From NCBI GenBank assembly GCA_964270895.1, contig OZ185442.1: DNA of 64,000 nt; one strand, given 5' to 3'. Numbering within the stretch: position 1 is the stretch's first letter; the number at the start of each line of letters is the position of its first letter. Origin of the DNA: Podarcis filfolensis (taxonomy: Eukaryota). The notes under the pieces were generated by a model, which was given only the letters and a program-made list of their open reading frames with translations, was not told the DNA's origin and ran no database searches. Made by a program: the position numbers and the translations under genes. This document shows, piece by piece, positions 1-48,678 of the stretch.

Positions 1-86
1 ACACCAGAGATTTAGATAAAGGCATTAAGATATAGACAGTTCCGTTTTCAATCCTTTAACTGAGTAGATAGAAATAAAAAATGCTA

Positions 87-162
87 CAGCCATCAGCTTA
101 TATGGGTTCAAAGGGTCATCAATGTGGTACAGCGATTCCGGAGAATTTTCATCATCTGGCTG
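87..162 (-). ncRNA. SNORD68: Box C/D snoRNA, SNORD68-like (18S rRNA Um428 guide), in RPL13 intron 2
   Basis: Minus strand reads CAGCCA-g-ATGATGA (C box, 155-149), guide TCTCCGGAATCG (144-133), D' CTGT (132-129), C' TTGATGA (122-116), D box CTGA (96-93), then TGGCTG closing a 6-bp terminal stem. The guide is complementary to 18S CGATTCCGGAGA, and the D'+5 rule selects the U in CGAU[U]CCGG. RPL13 is the known host gene of SNORD68. Confidence 0.9.
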
Positions 163-302
163 AAGAACTGAACAAGTGTCTTGCAGAAAGCCAAAAATGG
201 CAAGGCTCACACTTGCTTGCCTTTTGCATTATCCAGACAGCTGTATGTTAGCCGAGCACCGGACACAAAGAACACAAAATGCAAGGGGCTCAGCAGACCT
301 CA

Positions 303-413
<111 letters not shown>

Positions 414-1512
414 TTATGTCCCTGAAAATACAAACAGTATGGATTAGACTCCTTGTGATTTCCATTTTAACATCTCTTTTCAGCATACAAAATATTATTT
501 ATCCTTGCAACAGTTCTGTGAAGTATACTGGAGACACATAATGTCATGCCCTTCTAAGCCCAATGGAAACCTAGCATTTGGATTCCTAATTGTGCCAAAG
601 GTTGGAAACTTGCAGGCAGAATGCAGTTATGATGCAAGAAACCTTTACTAGTAATATTAGGAAGAGCTTTGATCCATTCATCAAATATCCCACACTCTGT
701 TTAACAATATCAAACATGCATCACTGCAGCATCTCTTCTGCAAGAGACCTTACAATCACATAAGGAGCTACCTACTTGCTTAATTTTGGCTGGTCCTGGC
801 TACGGTGAATGGCAGCAGCCCTTCAAGGTTCAAAACCCTTCAACAGGAGATCCCAGAGAATGAACCTTCTACATGTACTCCTGCTGAACTATGGGGCCCT
901 CCCTTACATATGAAACTGCTGTATAGGATCAGGCTATTGGTTCAGACTAGTACTGAGTCTTCTCTAGCAAGGCATTCAAGATACTAAATATCTTTCCCCT
1001 CCCCCTTTCCTCCCCTCACTCTTGTCTTATCCCTCAACCCCATACTGCCTATTAAAAGTAATGTCTCATTCTGAATGTAACTGACTTGTCACATTGTATG
1101 AAGGATAAACAGACTTCATTTTTTTTAATGATACTAAAGATCTAACTTGGAGCCTCTTGCCAATGCCCTATCAGAATGGTAAAATATGGGGTCATCCCAG
1201 CCAAACTTACAAGGCTGCCTTCATTCGGATTCTGCACATTGCTCCACTGAGCCCAATACTGTACTGACTGATCTGGCTGGCTGTGGCTCTTCAAAGTCTT
1301 CCTCGTCCTGCTATCCAAGAGCTTAAACCTATGGCCTACTGCATACACCCACTAGACTAGACTCCATCCCCACACAGGAACCTACCTCATGCTGACTCAA
1401 ACCCTGTTAAGCTTAAGAAAAATGGTTTATTTCACTATGAATAAGATAAAGCTGGTGGCTTTAAAACTGCTTGCTTTAAACATTCAAAAGCTCGTTAGCA
1501 TTCAGGGATACA

Positions 1513-1610
1513 ATGGTAAAGGGAAAGGGAAAGGACCGCTGACAGTTAAGTCCAGTCACAGACGACTCTGGGGTTGCGGCGCTCAGCTAGCTTTACAGGC
1601 CGAGGGAGCG
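1513..1610 (-). mobile_element. Sauria (Squam1) SINE 3' fragment
   Basis: Reverse complement matches the 3' part of the full SINE copies in this window (GCAACCCCAGAGTC...GACTGGAC...CCTTT tail). Confidence 0.75.
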
Positions 1611-2159
1611 ACACTTGACTAAATCCCATAAAGGGGAAACCATTTCTGCAGAGTCAACAATAAAATCCTCAATGAACACGAAAGCACCCAGCAAAACAAA
1701 TGCCCCGCACTTCTTCAGGACATTACATTTTAGCCAAAACTACTACAGTTAATGACTTGTAATAGGTCGTTCTTCACTAGCCAATATCACTCCGAAATAC
1801 TGTAGCTGTGGCTTGACAAATCCGGGCTACAAATCCTATTGATTGGTGCAATAATTCTTGTCCAGAGACAGAACCTAGTACCACGATACATGAATGAGCT
1901 ACGGGTGCCCCTGGGACGCTGGCTTCACTTACCCACCACTGGATGCTCTCCTCGAGGGCCGCTAGCCGTCTTAACCGAGGCGCCAGAGGCTGGGCCCGCC
2001 TGCCTGCAAAGCCTGTGTCCTCCACTTCTGTGCTCTGGCTGGGCCTTTCTAAATAACGAGGCAGATCCAGAAGCTCAATGGAGCGCAAAGGATCGCCTCT
2101 TACAACCAGGCAAGAGCCCATCAGTCTCCCCACCGGGACCCCATAACCTTTCCGTAACG

Positions 2160-2540
2160 TCCACAAGACCCTCTAGAACCCGGGAGTCCGCCCCCGGAGT
2201 CCCCCATCCCCGCGCAGGCGACGGATGAAGGCGGATAGCCAACCAAGCCTCCCCCAGCACGAGAACTCACCTCCCGGGAGAGAAAATGGCCGGCCGGAAA
2301 AAGAAAGAACTCTTGCCAGGAACTCTGGGATATCTGAACCGCCGTGCGTGACCCGGTTCAGGAAATGCGAAACGCTCCGTCCGCGGCCAATCAGGGAGAG
2401 GGAATTACCCTCACTGGCGTCAGCCGCTATGTCCAACACATTGTCTTGCCAGTAACAAAGATGGCGCCCATCTTAAAGGTACCGCGGCCGTTCAATTCTG
2501 CCGGCTCGTAATGGATGGAGCGGCGTGGGAAGGGAGTCTC
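2160..2540. promoter_or_regulatory. RPL13 CpG-island promoter (YY1, ETS, CCAAT motifs)
   Basis: CpG-rich. CCGGAA at 2294-2299, AAAATGGCC at about 2283-2291, CCAAT at 2387-2391, palindromic AAGATGG-cgc-CCATCTT at 2458-2474. Confidence 0.75.
2271..2307 (-). other. RPL13: RPL13 non-coding exon 1 with 5' TOP tract
   Basis: Minus strand CTTTCTTTTTCCGGCCGGCCATTTTCTCTCCCGGGAG followed by donor GTGAGT (2270-2265), inside a CpG island. A pyrimidine-tract start is typical of ribosomal protein mRNAs. The TSS position is approximate. Confidence 0.8.
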
Positions 2541-2847
2541 CTATTCAAAGAGTCACATTTACTGTTCCTTTTCGTTTGGCATTTGACCCCACCCACCATC
2601 GGGATGTAGTCCCTGAAGGTTGGCCAGAGAGAAATGCAGCCATTGGGCTGAAAAATGCCCCTCTCCCCACAGGTTTATAATGTGTCTTTCCTTGGTATCA
2701 GCACAGGAGGCAATAGGTAATGCAAAGGAACAAACTACTGCTGAAACTGCACTCACCATTGTGAGGGGTGGGGAGGTGATGATGATGCCTCACCAGCTAC
2801 TGCCTGGGTTGGCTCAAAAGCACAAGAACTCACCACCCACAAAAGCA

Positions 2848-3237
2848 AAGGTAGAAAAAGGTAATGTAAAGGACCCCTGGGTGGTTAAGTCCAGTCAAAG
2901 ACAACTATGGGGTTGCGGTGCTCATCTCACTTTTCAGGCCAAGGGAGCTGACGTTTGTCCACAGACAGCTTTCCGTGTCGTGTGACCAGCATGACTAAAC
3001 AGCTACTGGCGGATGGAGGACCATGATGAGTGCCAGAGTACACGGAAATGCCATTTACCTTCCCACCACAGTGGTACCTGTCTATCTACTTGCACTGGCT
3101 TGCTTTCGAACTGCTAGGTTGGCAGGAGCTGGGACAGAGCAACAGGAGCTCACCCGTTGCTCAGATTTGAACCACTGACGACCTGATTGGAAACCCAAGA
3201 GGCTCAGTAGTTTAGATCACAGCACCACCCATGTCCC
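2848..3237 (-). mobile_element. Sauria (Squam1) SINE, full length, diverged
   Basis: Reverse complement starts GGGACATGGGTGGTGCTG, carries the CCTAGCAGTTCGAAAGC core and ends in an ACCTTT-type tail. Short flanking repeat AAAAGCA. Confidence 0.88.
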
Positions 3238-4003
3238 AAAAGCATATAGCCAGTGACTGGATATAAGCGGCCAAGGGGAGAACCAAGGCATAAACCTTCC
3301 TGAAGAGAGCATGGTAAGCAACAGCTGTATCATTCAGCACTGGGTGACCTCCTTCCACATGGAGGTGAAGTGGCAGAGAGAAAGCAGCAGCTGACTGATG
3401 TCTGGTGATGGACCTGGTGGAAGTTGGCAGGTTTGCTGGGTGGAAGCTGGTGACGTATGCATTCAGAAGCCAGTGGATGCTGAAAGGCTGGAGCAGGCTG
3501 ATGTTTGTGGATGTAAACTGGTTGAGGTGAATGGTGTGTGTCTGGGTGCATTCAGGGGGTTCTGGAAGCCGCCCTCCTGGCACAGGGTGAATACATGAAC
3601 CAGAGGATATTCAGGGGTGGAAGTTGGCAGGCTGAAGTGAGGGACGAAGTTGCCAGGCAGAAGCCAGTGGAGGTGGCTGGATGATGCTGTCAGATGGCTG
3701 CCATCCCCCTCAGTATGTCTGTTTGTGTTTCAGGGTTGTCTGAAGCTGGCAAGGTTTTCTCTGAGACCAGCCATGAAAGTAGTGAAGAGAACTGCAGGCT
3801 TTGCAAGTCCCCTTCTATTTCTGAAGAAATGTGCTCATTACACAGGAAACCCAACATCCCACTTTTATAGTGCACAAGTCCTGCTTACTGGTGTCCCATT
3901 GGCATCTGGTTAGCCACTCAGAATACAGAATTCTGAACAAAAATCCAGCATGCTGTTCTAATGTCCTTAGAATTGTAACCCCAATTGCACTGTGACAAAC
4001 TTA

Positions 4004-4965
4004 TGTGTGAGCAATGCAGCCATACGTCTGGAGTTAAGGATTGCATCATTGGAGACTGTCATCTGGAAGCGAGTCTTTGGCTATTGGCTGTCCAGCTGGC
4101 ATAGGCTTCCCGATCATTACCTTTTTCAGTGCCTCTGGCGGGACGTCTTTGTCAATCCGTGGGTAGGAAAAATCCATGCCAAACTTCTGAGCATCGGAAT
4201 TTCCCCAGCGGACTCCTTAAAGATGAACTTACGCTCAGCCAAAAGCCTTATTGAGCAAAGATTAGCAGACATTGAAAATCAACACAACCTCGCCAGGGGT
4301 GGGGGTGTCTGCTCCCCCAGGTATCACGGAATAACCCCACCACTTGGCCTTCCATCATACATGTCATCTCCTTCATCAGTACCACACCGACGTGCATTTA
4401 TTCGTGCAAGGTTCAATGTCTTTCCATCAAACCTGCTGAACCACAGATTTTCCAATGGTTTGGTGTCTCCGCTGTGCGTGTGTGACGGGGAAACTGTTGA
4501 ATCTCTTTCACACATAATGTTCAACTGTCCCCTACATAGCATAGCCAGGGCTAAATTCCTGGGTCCTGCTTTACTGCGCTTGGTTGGCAGGCCTGTTGAG
4601 TCACACGCCGCACTGCTTTTGCAGGATACAGATCCTTCTGTAACTCTGCAGGTGGCGAGATTTCTGAATGCGGTTATCTCACACTCAAAAACCACCAAAA
4701 AACAACAACAACATCAAAACTAATTGGACTGTTATGTTGAGAGTGCATGTCGGAGTTCGTCTTTAGTTTTCCTTTTCTGTGATCCATCCCTTGGAGCTCT
4801 CCTGGCCCCAAGCCATCACTTGGCTTTGCTCAACGACCCACCCTTGCATCGTGGTGTTCACCTTCTGTTGTCGGATATATCTGTTTTTATGTCCCTGTGT
4901 TTTTATGTTTGTACATATTTTATGGGCTAATAGCCGTAAATAAATAAATAAATAAATAAATAATA
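4004..4965 (+). mobile_element. 5'-truncated non-LTR retrotransposon (RTE-X-like), C-terminal end of ORF2 plus 3' UTR
   Basis: 13-bp TSD TGTGACAAACTTA (3991-4003 and 4966-4978). The frame is open to TAA at 4723 and aligns by eye with the ORF2 C-terminus at 32366-33100 (VSNAAIRLE / RRAF..RF / CxC..VE..SH...C / VTL.VA.F). Ends in a (TAAA)n tail. Confidence 0.9.
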
Positions 4966-5437
4966 TGTGACAAACTTAATAAAAGTTCTGCAGGATCTGA
5001 TAAATCAGAGTTCAATACCTTGCTCCCCAGTGGCCAGGCACCATGAGCACTGCCTTAACTGTGGCCAATAAGATTCTCCGTTGGGCCAAATCTAGGAGAT
5101 TCTCCCCTATTGCCACTAAAGGGAACAGACAGCAGTGAATTGTACATGTTGAAAATGGCACATATTAATGTCATGGATAGCATCTGCAGTAACCTGAGCC
5201 TACAGTAGCCTGAACTGATGCACGCATATCTAAAGTCTTACTGAGCTTAAAAGGGCTAACAAGCAATATTGCATGCATAACATTGTAGCCCGAATAACAC
5301 TGTGACACACTTGAAAAAAGCTCTGTAGGATCTGATAAAGGTACTTCAGCATCCTGCTCCCCAACAGCCAGGCACTATTGAGCACTGGCATAGCTTGGCC
5401 AATGAGAATTTTTTATCGCATGTGGTATAGCAGACTA

Positions 5438-5794
5438 GGGACGCGGGTGGCACTATGGGTAAAACCTCAGTGCCTAGGACTTGCCGGTCGTATGGTCGGC
5501 AGTTCGAATCCCCGCGGCGAGGTGAGCTCCTGTCTTTTGGTCCCAGCTCCTGCCAACCTAGCAGTTCGAAAGCACCCCTAAGTGCAAGTATATAAATAGG
5601 TACCGCTTTATAGTGGGAAGGTAAACGGCGTTTCCGTGTGCTGCTCTGGTTCGCCAGAAGCGGCTTAGTCATGCTGGCCACATGACCCGGAAGTGTCTCC
5701 GGACAGCGCTGGCCCCCGGCCTTTTAAGAGAGAGGGGCGCATAACCCTAGAGTGGGACACGACTGGCCCGTACGGGCAGGGGTACCTTTACCTT
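5438..5794 (+). mobile_element. Sauria (Squam1) SINE, full length
   Basis: Starts GGGACGCGGGTGGC, has a B-box-like GTTCGAATCCC and ends GGGGTACCTTTACCTTTA. 11-bp TSD TATAGCAGACT (5426-5436 and 5795-5805). Confidence 0.93.
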
Positions 5795-6336
5795 TATAGC
5801 AGACTCCCCACTAGCGGCATTTTAAGCAAGGGAACACAGTGCACTTCATTGAACAGACTACAGTGAGTTGCATATACTGAAAATGGCACATATTAATGTC
5901 ATATATTGTATTTGCAGTAATAGAACAGTTTAAATGATGACTCATGCCCATTGAGAATGACGATAAATGACTAGTGAGCGGTATTTGAGTTCTGTAAAAG
6001 TTTATTTCATTTTTCAATAGATGGCAAAGATACAAGCAGCTGAGATGATAGAGATTTATTACAGTTTGTGCTAGGTCATGGTTTATAAATACATTGAGCA
6101 GGAACTCTTGGAAAGATAAGAAAAGTGGAAAAATCAAGGTGGGGAACACTTGTGGCTCTCTTACCATCCCTCCCCCAGTGACAACTTCTTCAATTGAACA
6201 ATTTTCAAATTTCATTTTCCTGAGAAATACCCAACTGGAGAGACATACCAACCATTTCAGATGCCAAGACCCAGCGCAGTTAAATTTAACATGACTTTCT
6301 TGCTCCAGAATTTCTTTCAATATGATGCCACTATAG

Positions 6337-6460
6337 ATGGAGGTTTTTAAGCAGATGCGAGATGGCCATCTGTCATGTATGATTTAGCTAACATTCCCGC
6401 ATTGCAGGGGGCTGGACTAGATGGCCCTTGGGATCCCTTTAATCTCTGCAATTCCATGAG
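6337..6460 (+). mobile_element. CR1 LINE 3' end fragment
   Basis: GCATTGCAGGGGGCTGGACTAGATGGCCCTTGGGATCCCTTT...ATTCCATGA resembles the CR1 3' terminus seen again at 28016-28086 and 48560-48678. Confidence 0.7.
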
Positions 6461-7838
6461 CCAAAGCATTAACCACCCTTGTGCTAAAGCTTAGCTACTG
6501 CCAGTGAGTCTGGCGAGTCTGGCTCCCTCTTGGAGGGAAATGGGCTAAATTACTGCCACTGTGATTCAGAAACTTAGCATATTGCCCCACAGATATTGTC
6601 ACAGATATACAGCAATTTGGTACAAATTTGTCAATAGACCACTAGGTGGTACACACAGATCACCAATGACTTTTCTTTCAAGGCCCACTGGGGGAGATGG
6701 AGAAAGGGACTGCTTACAGACCAATGCTGAAATGCTTGGTTTTCTTTTATGTCGTAGTGCAATATCACATGTTGAAATACATATTCAGTAGGATCATATC
6801 TCCAGGGATTTTGATAGCCGCAGTTCTAAATGGCAAACTCTCTTCACGTTGAGGCAATTCAGAGTGCAAATGTGTGCACGCTCATCCCATCTATGCACGA
6901 GGGTAGTCTCAGAAAAGAGGCAGTTTTGAGAACTGCCAATTAAATATTGGCAGGAGTGGAGGAAAATCTGGACAAGGGTTGTATAAGGATACAGACAATA
7001 GTCCTCATGGAAATAATCTATGGAGTGTGTTTGAAAATGCAGCTAGCCCTTTTCTCTCTCCACTCCACCTCCCTTCAGCTGTTATTGTACAGCAGGAAAC
7101 TGACTATCCCTCCCCCCACCCAACTCCTGTTACAAGCTGCTTTAGAGACACATTCAGTCTAAAGGCCTGTGTGTAAGAACCAGAAGCTACCAGCCAGCCA
7201 GAGGATTCTCTCTCCCTTCCAAGTCACTCCAGGGAGCCCCACCAGCATTCAGAGGTTGTGCCTGCCCCTATCTTTGTGGCCAGAGTTACATAGGTCAAAG
7301 GACCTATATCTTTGTGGCATGGTGACATAGGTCAAAGGAAATCTACATCTCCATTGTCCATATCAGACTTTCTACACCTCAAGAGACATGCGTAAAAAAC
7401 AGGGAAATATTTGTGTTGTTGGTTCTAGGGAGAAACATTAAACTCTGGGTGCTAGTGATGCAGCTATTGCTGTCATGTCAAAGGAGGGTTGCAGTGTGTG
7501 GCACCAGAAAAAAGAAGAAGATGAAGCAGAGCACAGCAGCTGCTTTTGTGGGAGGACTATGACACAATGGCTGGTTCTGCCCAGACTGACCACACACATT
7601 CCCATAACTGTAACCTGGTGACCCAGAGGCACTGGGACCCTTCCCAATGAGCCTTGATGAGCCCATACACATACATCAACCACAGCTTGATCATTTTTAG
7701 AGCAGGGGAAGCTGGACGCTGCTCGCAGCCCATCACAAAATATGAGCAGAGCAGCCTACACACAGGCATGAAATAACTCTCTTTGCGCCTCTAGTTCAGA
7801 AAGGAAGCTGCTCAGTCCCTTCTCTCACTTGGCCATTT

Positions 7839-45570
<37,732 letters not shown>

Positions 45571-47980
45571 GGTCCAGGCACCGAGCTGTTCAGCTCCCCA
45601 GTGCGGACGGTGAGATCCAGGCGGGGGCCTGGCGAGAAAGCCGAGCGGAGGCTGGAAAGGAGGTGGCTTCCGCCATCTTAAAAGCTGGCAGCCGCTCAGC
45701 GTAGCCCGCTCTCAAGATGGCCGCGCCTGGCTGTTCTCACCTAATGGGAAATTCGGCTGCAGGGAAACGCGGGGCCCAGACCTCGCCCACGCTCGGCCCA
45801 GAAATATGCACTCCTTTAAGTGCGGCCGCCTCCCCTCAGACACACTTTTCAAAACTTGCATTTCTTCTTTTTGACCCGGGGGGGGGGGGGGAAGAGGAGC
45901 TAGGGAGATATCTGGACATCGCTGTTTCGCTCGTCATTATTACTGTTTTTTAAGACTTAACATTAAAATCCAGTCATCTGAGGATGGGAATAAAACTGAA
46001 GGGACAAAATCGTACATTATTTCTGCAAGCTGTTCCCCTACTGCATCTTTGACAGTTTAGGACTCTGTAACGCTTTCAGCTCAATAAGCGTGAAGTTGTT
46101 TTTCAGCTATATTTGTGAAAGGAAGGTGGTTTCAGCTGCCTATTTGTGGAACTAGGATAGCAGCAGCATTTCCCCAGCGACTTGAACTTGACACCGCACT
46201 GATGAAATATACACAAACCGATTAAGCTGCTGTACTTGGATTTAAATAGATTTCTGACTACACACTATATCCTTCTATATCACCGCCTTTTAGAAATTTG
46301 CTGCTGCACACATTACAGATAGCTATGTGAAGGCGAGTAACTACTCCATCAGCCAGGCACTGCTTTCTAATCCTGAAACTAGGTTGAAAGCTAGCTTTCT
46401 AGAGGCCATGGTTTGTACATTCAGATCAAAAGTGTGTGGCCAAGCAGAGAACCAGATTTCAAAACCTTGCTTTATTTTCTTGGACACAATAACTGCTATT
46501 CACAAGCTTTGCTTTAATGATGCATCATATTTACTTTGTCATCATAATTACATTGACATGCATGTATAGTTCTATGCACACACTGTCAGAAGTTCAAAAG
46601 TGCACAACAGATAATGGATCATAAAGTATGAAGAAAATGAAAAATTATAATAGTTTTAGAAAAACAAACAACACTAAGAGAGTACATTGGTGGTTTTTTA
46701 AATACAGGAAGTGGGAAGGTTCGGCATCATAGAACACATATATTAATTCTGGTTCCCACACTGGGCGTAGTATGTTTTAAATTTGCATGTAGGGCACATG
46801 TAGGCTATTAAAAGGGTGTTAGCTTCATTCAGAGGCTCCTATTGAACCTGCACACAAAACACACACACACACCTTCGATCCCTCCAGGGCCCCCAAAACA
46901 AATGAGGAAAAAGCAAGGGATTAAATTTGCAATTTTTTTATTAAAAAAAAAAAAGCTGGGTAAGCAGGAGACATTTCTTAAGAGTTGAGCAACAGAACAA
47001 GGCTGTTGATAGAGTTATAAGATCACTGATGTCACCTTCAAGTTAATGGTATGCTTCCGTGTACAAATTTAAAACCATTAAATTTGCTTGAAGAACAGGT
47101 CTGCAGTGCTGTGAGGCTTTCACAATTTCACTGGCAGAAAGCTGTCAGACTCTTCTTCCCTAAACAAGTTGTTTTCTGTAGGGATAACATAGCAACAATC
47201 CCAAACAACAATAGTGTTGCAAAACTCTCACTTCTCCCACTGAAGTATCTCAGTGACCATATTTGTCACAGACACACCCAGGATGTTAACTGGCTTCCTC
47301 TGGGATGTGTCTGGGTAAACTTTCAATTCAAACTAGGAGTCTGTTACTAAATAACCTTTTTGTATCATATTAGAAGTCAGTATTACTGGTTTAACTGACC
47401 AACAGCTTCATTAATAGACATGAAATTCAAGTGGCTACAATTAAACTCTGGTAGCCAGACAAAATCTGCATCCCTACATTGGGATGTGATTTGCTGAAAT
47501 GTGAGACATTAAATATGGGAGCACAATAAAACCATTAAGTTGGGGAACAGAATGGATGTGCATTGGGTGGGGACAAGGGGAGGTGAGTGTTGCCTCACAT
47601 TTTAAGAGTTATGGAAAATATAGTGTATTTTGCATTCACACTTTTTTTTCCTAAGTAAATTTTACTGATTTTGCTGGAGGTTATTTTCAAGTGAGCATCC
47701 TTAATATTACAGGATTATTTTAGTTTCCATGTTATGCTTTAGTTATAACTGGTATGACAGAAGTGCCTTTTCATTGACTAATGCTAGGGGTCCAACAATG
47801 GGGGTGGATGGCAAGTTACTTGACTGGAGGTGAGTTGAAAAATATGACTCTTCTGCCTCCACCACAAATATCTAGTACTAGAAGGTATGAAGTTCAACAG
47901 ACAAATACTTTTTTGCATACACAACACATCTATCTAGAGAAACAGGATTTTTTTTTAATAATGATTTTGTTAGTCAACAA

Positions 47981-48329
47981 GTGGTCTAAACCACTGAGCC
48001 TCTTGGGCTTGCCGATTGGAAGGTCGGCGGTTTGAACCCCCACGATGGGGTGAGCTCCCGTTGCTCGGTCCCAGCTCCTGCCAACCTAGCAGTTCAAAAG
48101 CACGTCAAAGTGCAAGTAGATAAATAGGTATCGCTCTGGTGGGAAGGTAAACAGCGTTTCCGTGCGCTGCTCTGGTTTCGCCAGAAGCGGCTTAGTCATG
48201 CTGGCCACATGGCCCGGAAAAACTGTCTGCGGACAAATGTCGGCTCCCTTGGCCAGTAAAACAAGATGAACGCCACAACCCCAGAGTCATTTGCTACTGG
48301 ACTTAATTGTCAGGGGCCCTTTACCTTTA
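47981..48329 (+). mobile_element. Sauria (Squam1) SINE, slightly 5'-truncated
   Basis: GTGGTCTAAACCACTGAGCC...CCTAGCAGTTCAAAAGCAC...CAGGGGCCCTTTACCTTTA. Confidence 0.92.
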
Positions 48330-48559
48330 ATGAACTGCAGTATTCACAATCACAACACTTTTTGTGTGGGGTGCTTAAATCAAGTTTTGGATGTCCAGAT
48401 AGCCCCAAATAACATTGAGCATTGGCATATGTGAAGCATTCTAAAGCAATTGAGATAAAACCCTAAGCAAAACAGGGCACAATTATCCCAGGTTCCTCAT
48501 AATGCCTTCTACCTTGTCCTGACTTAGTACTCATGAGATGTTAGAGGCCTATCTGTTAG

Positions 48560-48678
48560 AGGCTTGACAACCATATGTCAGGAGTGCTCTGATGGTGTTT
48601 CCTGCTTGGCAGGGGGTTGGACTCGATGGCCCTTGTGGTCTCTTCCAACTCTATGATTCTATGATTCTATGATTCTAT
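48560..48678 (+). mobile_element. CR1 LINE 3' end
   Basis: GGCAGGGGGTTGGACTCGATGGCCCTTGTGGTCTCTTCCAACTCTATG followed by (ATTCTATG)x3. Confidence 0.88.

Noticed and set aside
1777-2455. Overlapping ORFs of 61-129 aa at the RPL13 promoter
   Set aside because: GC-rich CpG-island sequence is poor in stop codons; no recognisable protein and the ORFs overlap on both strands.
5438-5520. tRNA genes at SINE heads (also 25601 and 50147)
   Set aside because: A/B-box-like motifs continue into SINE bodies with TSDs and tails; there is no complete cloverleaf.
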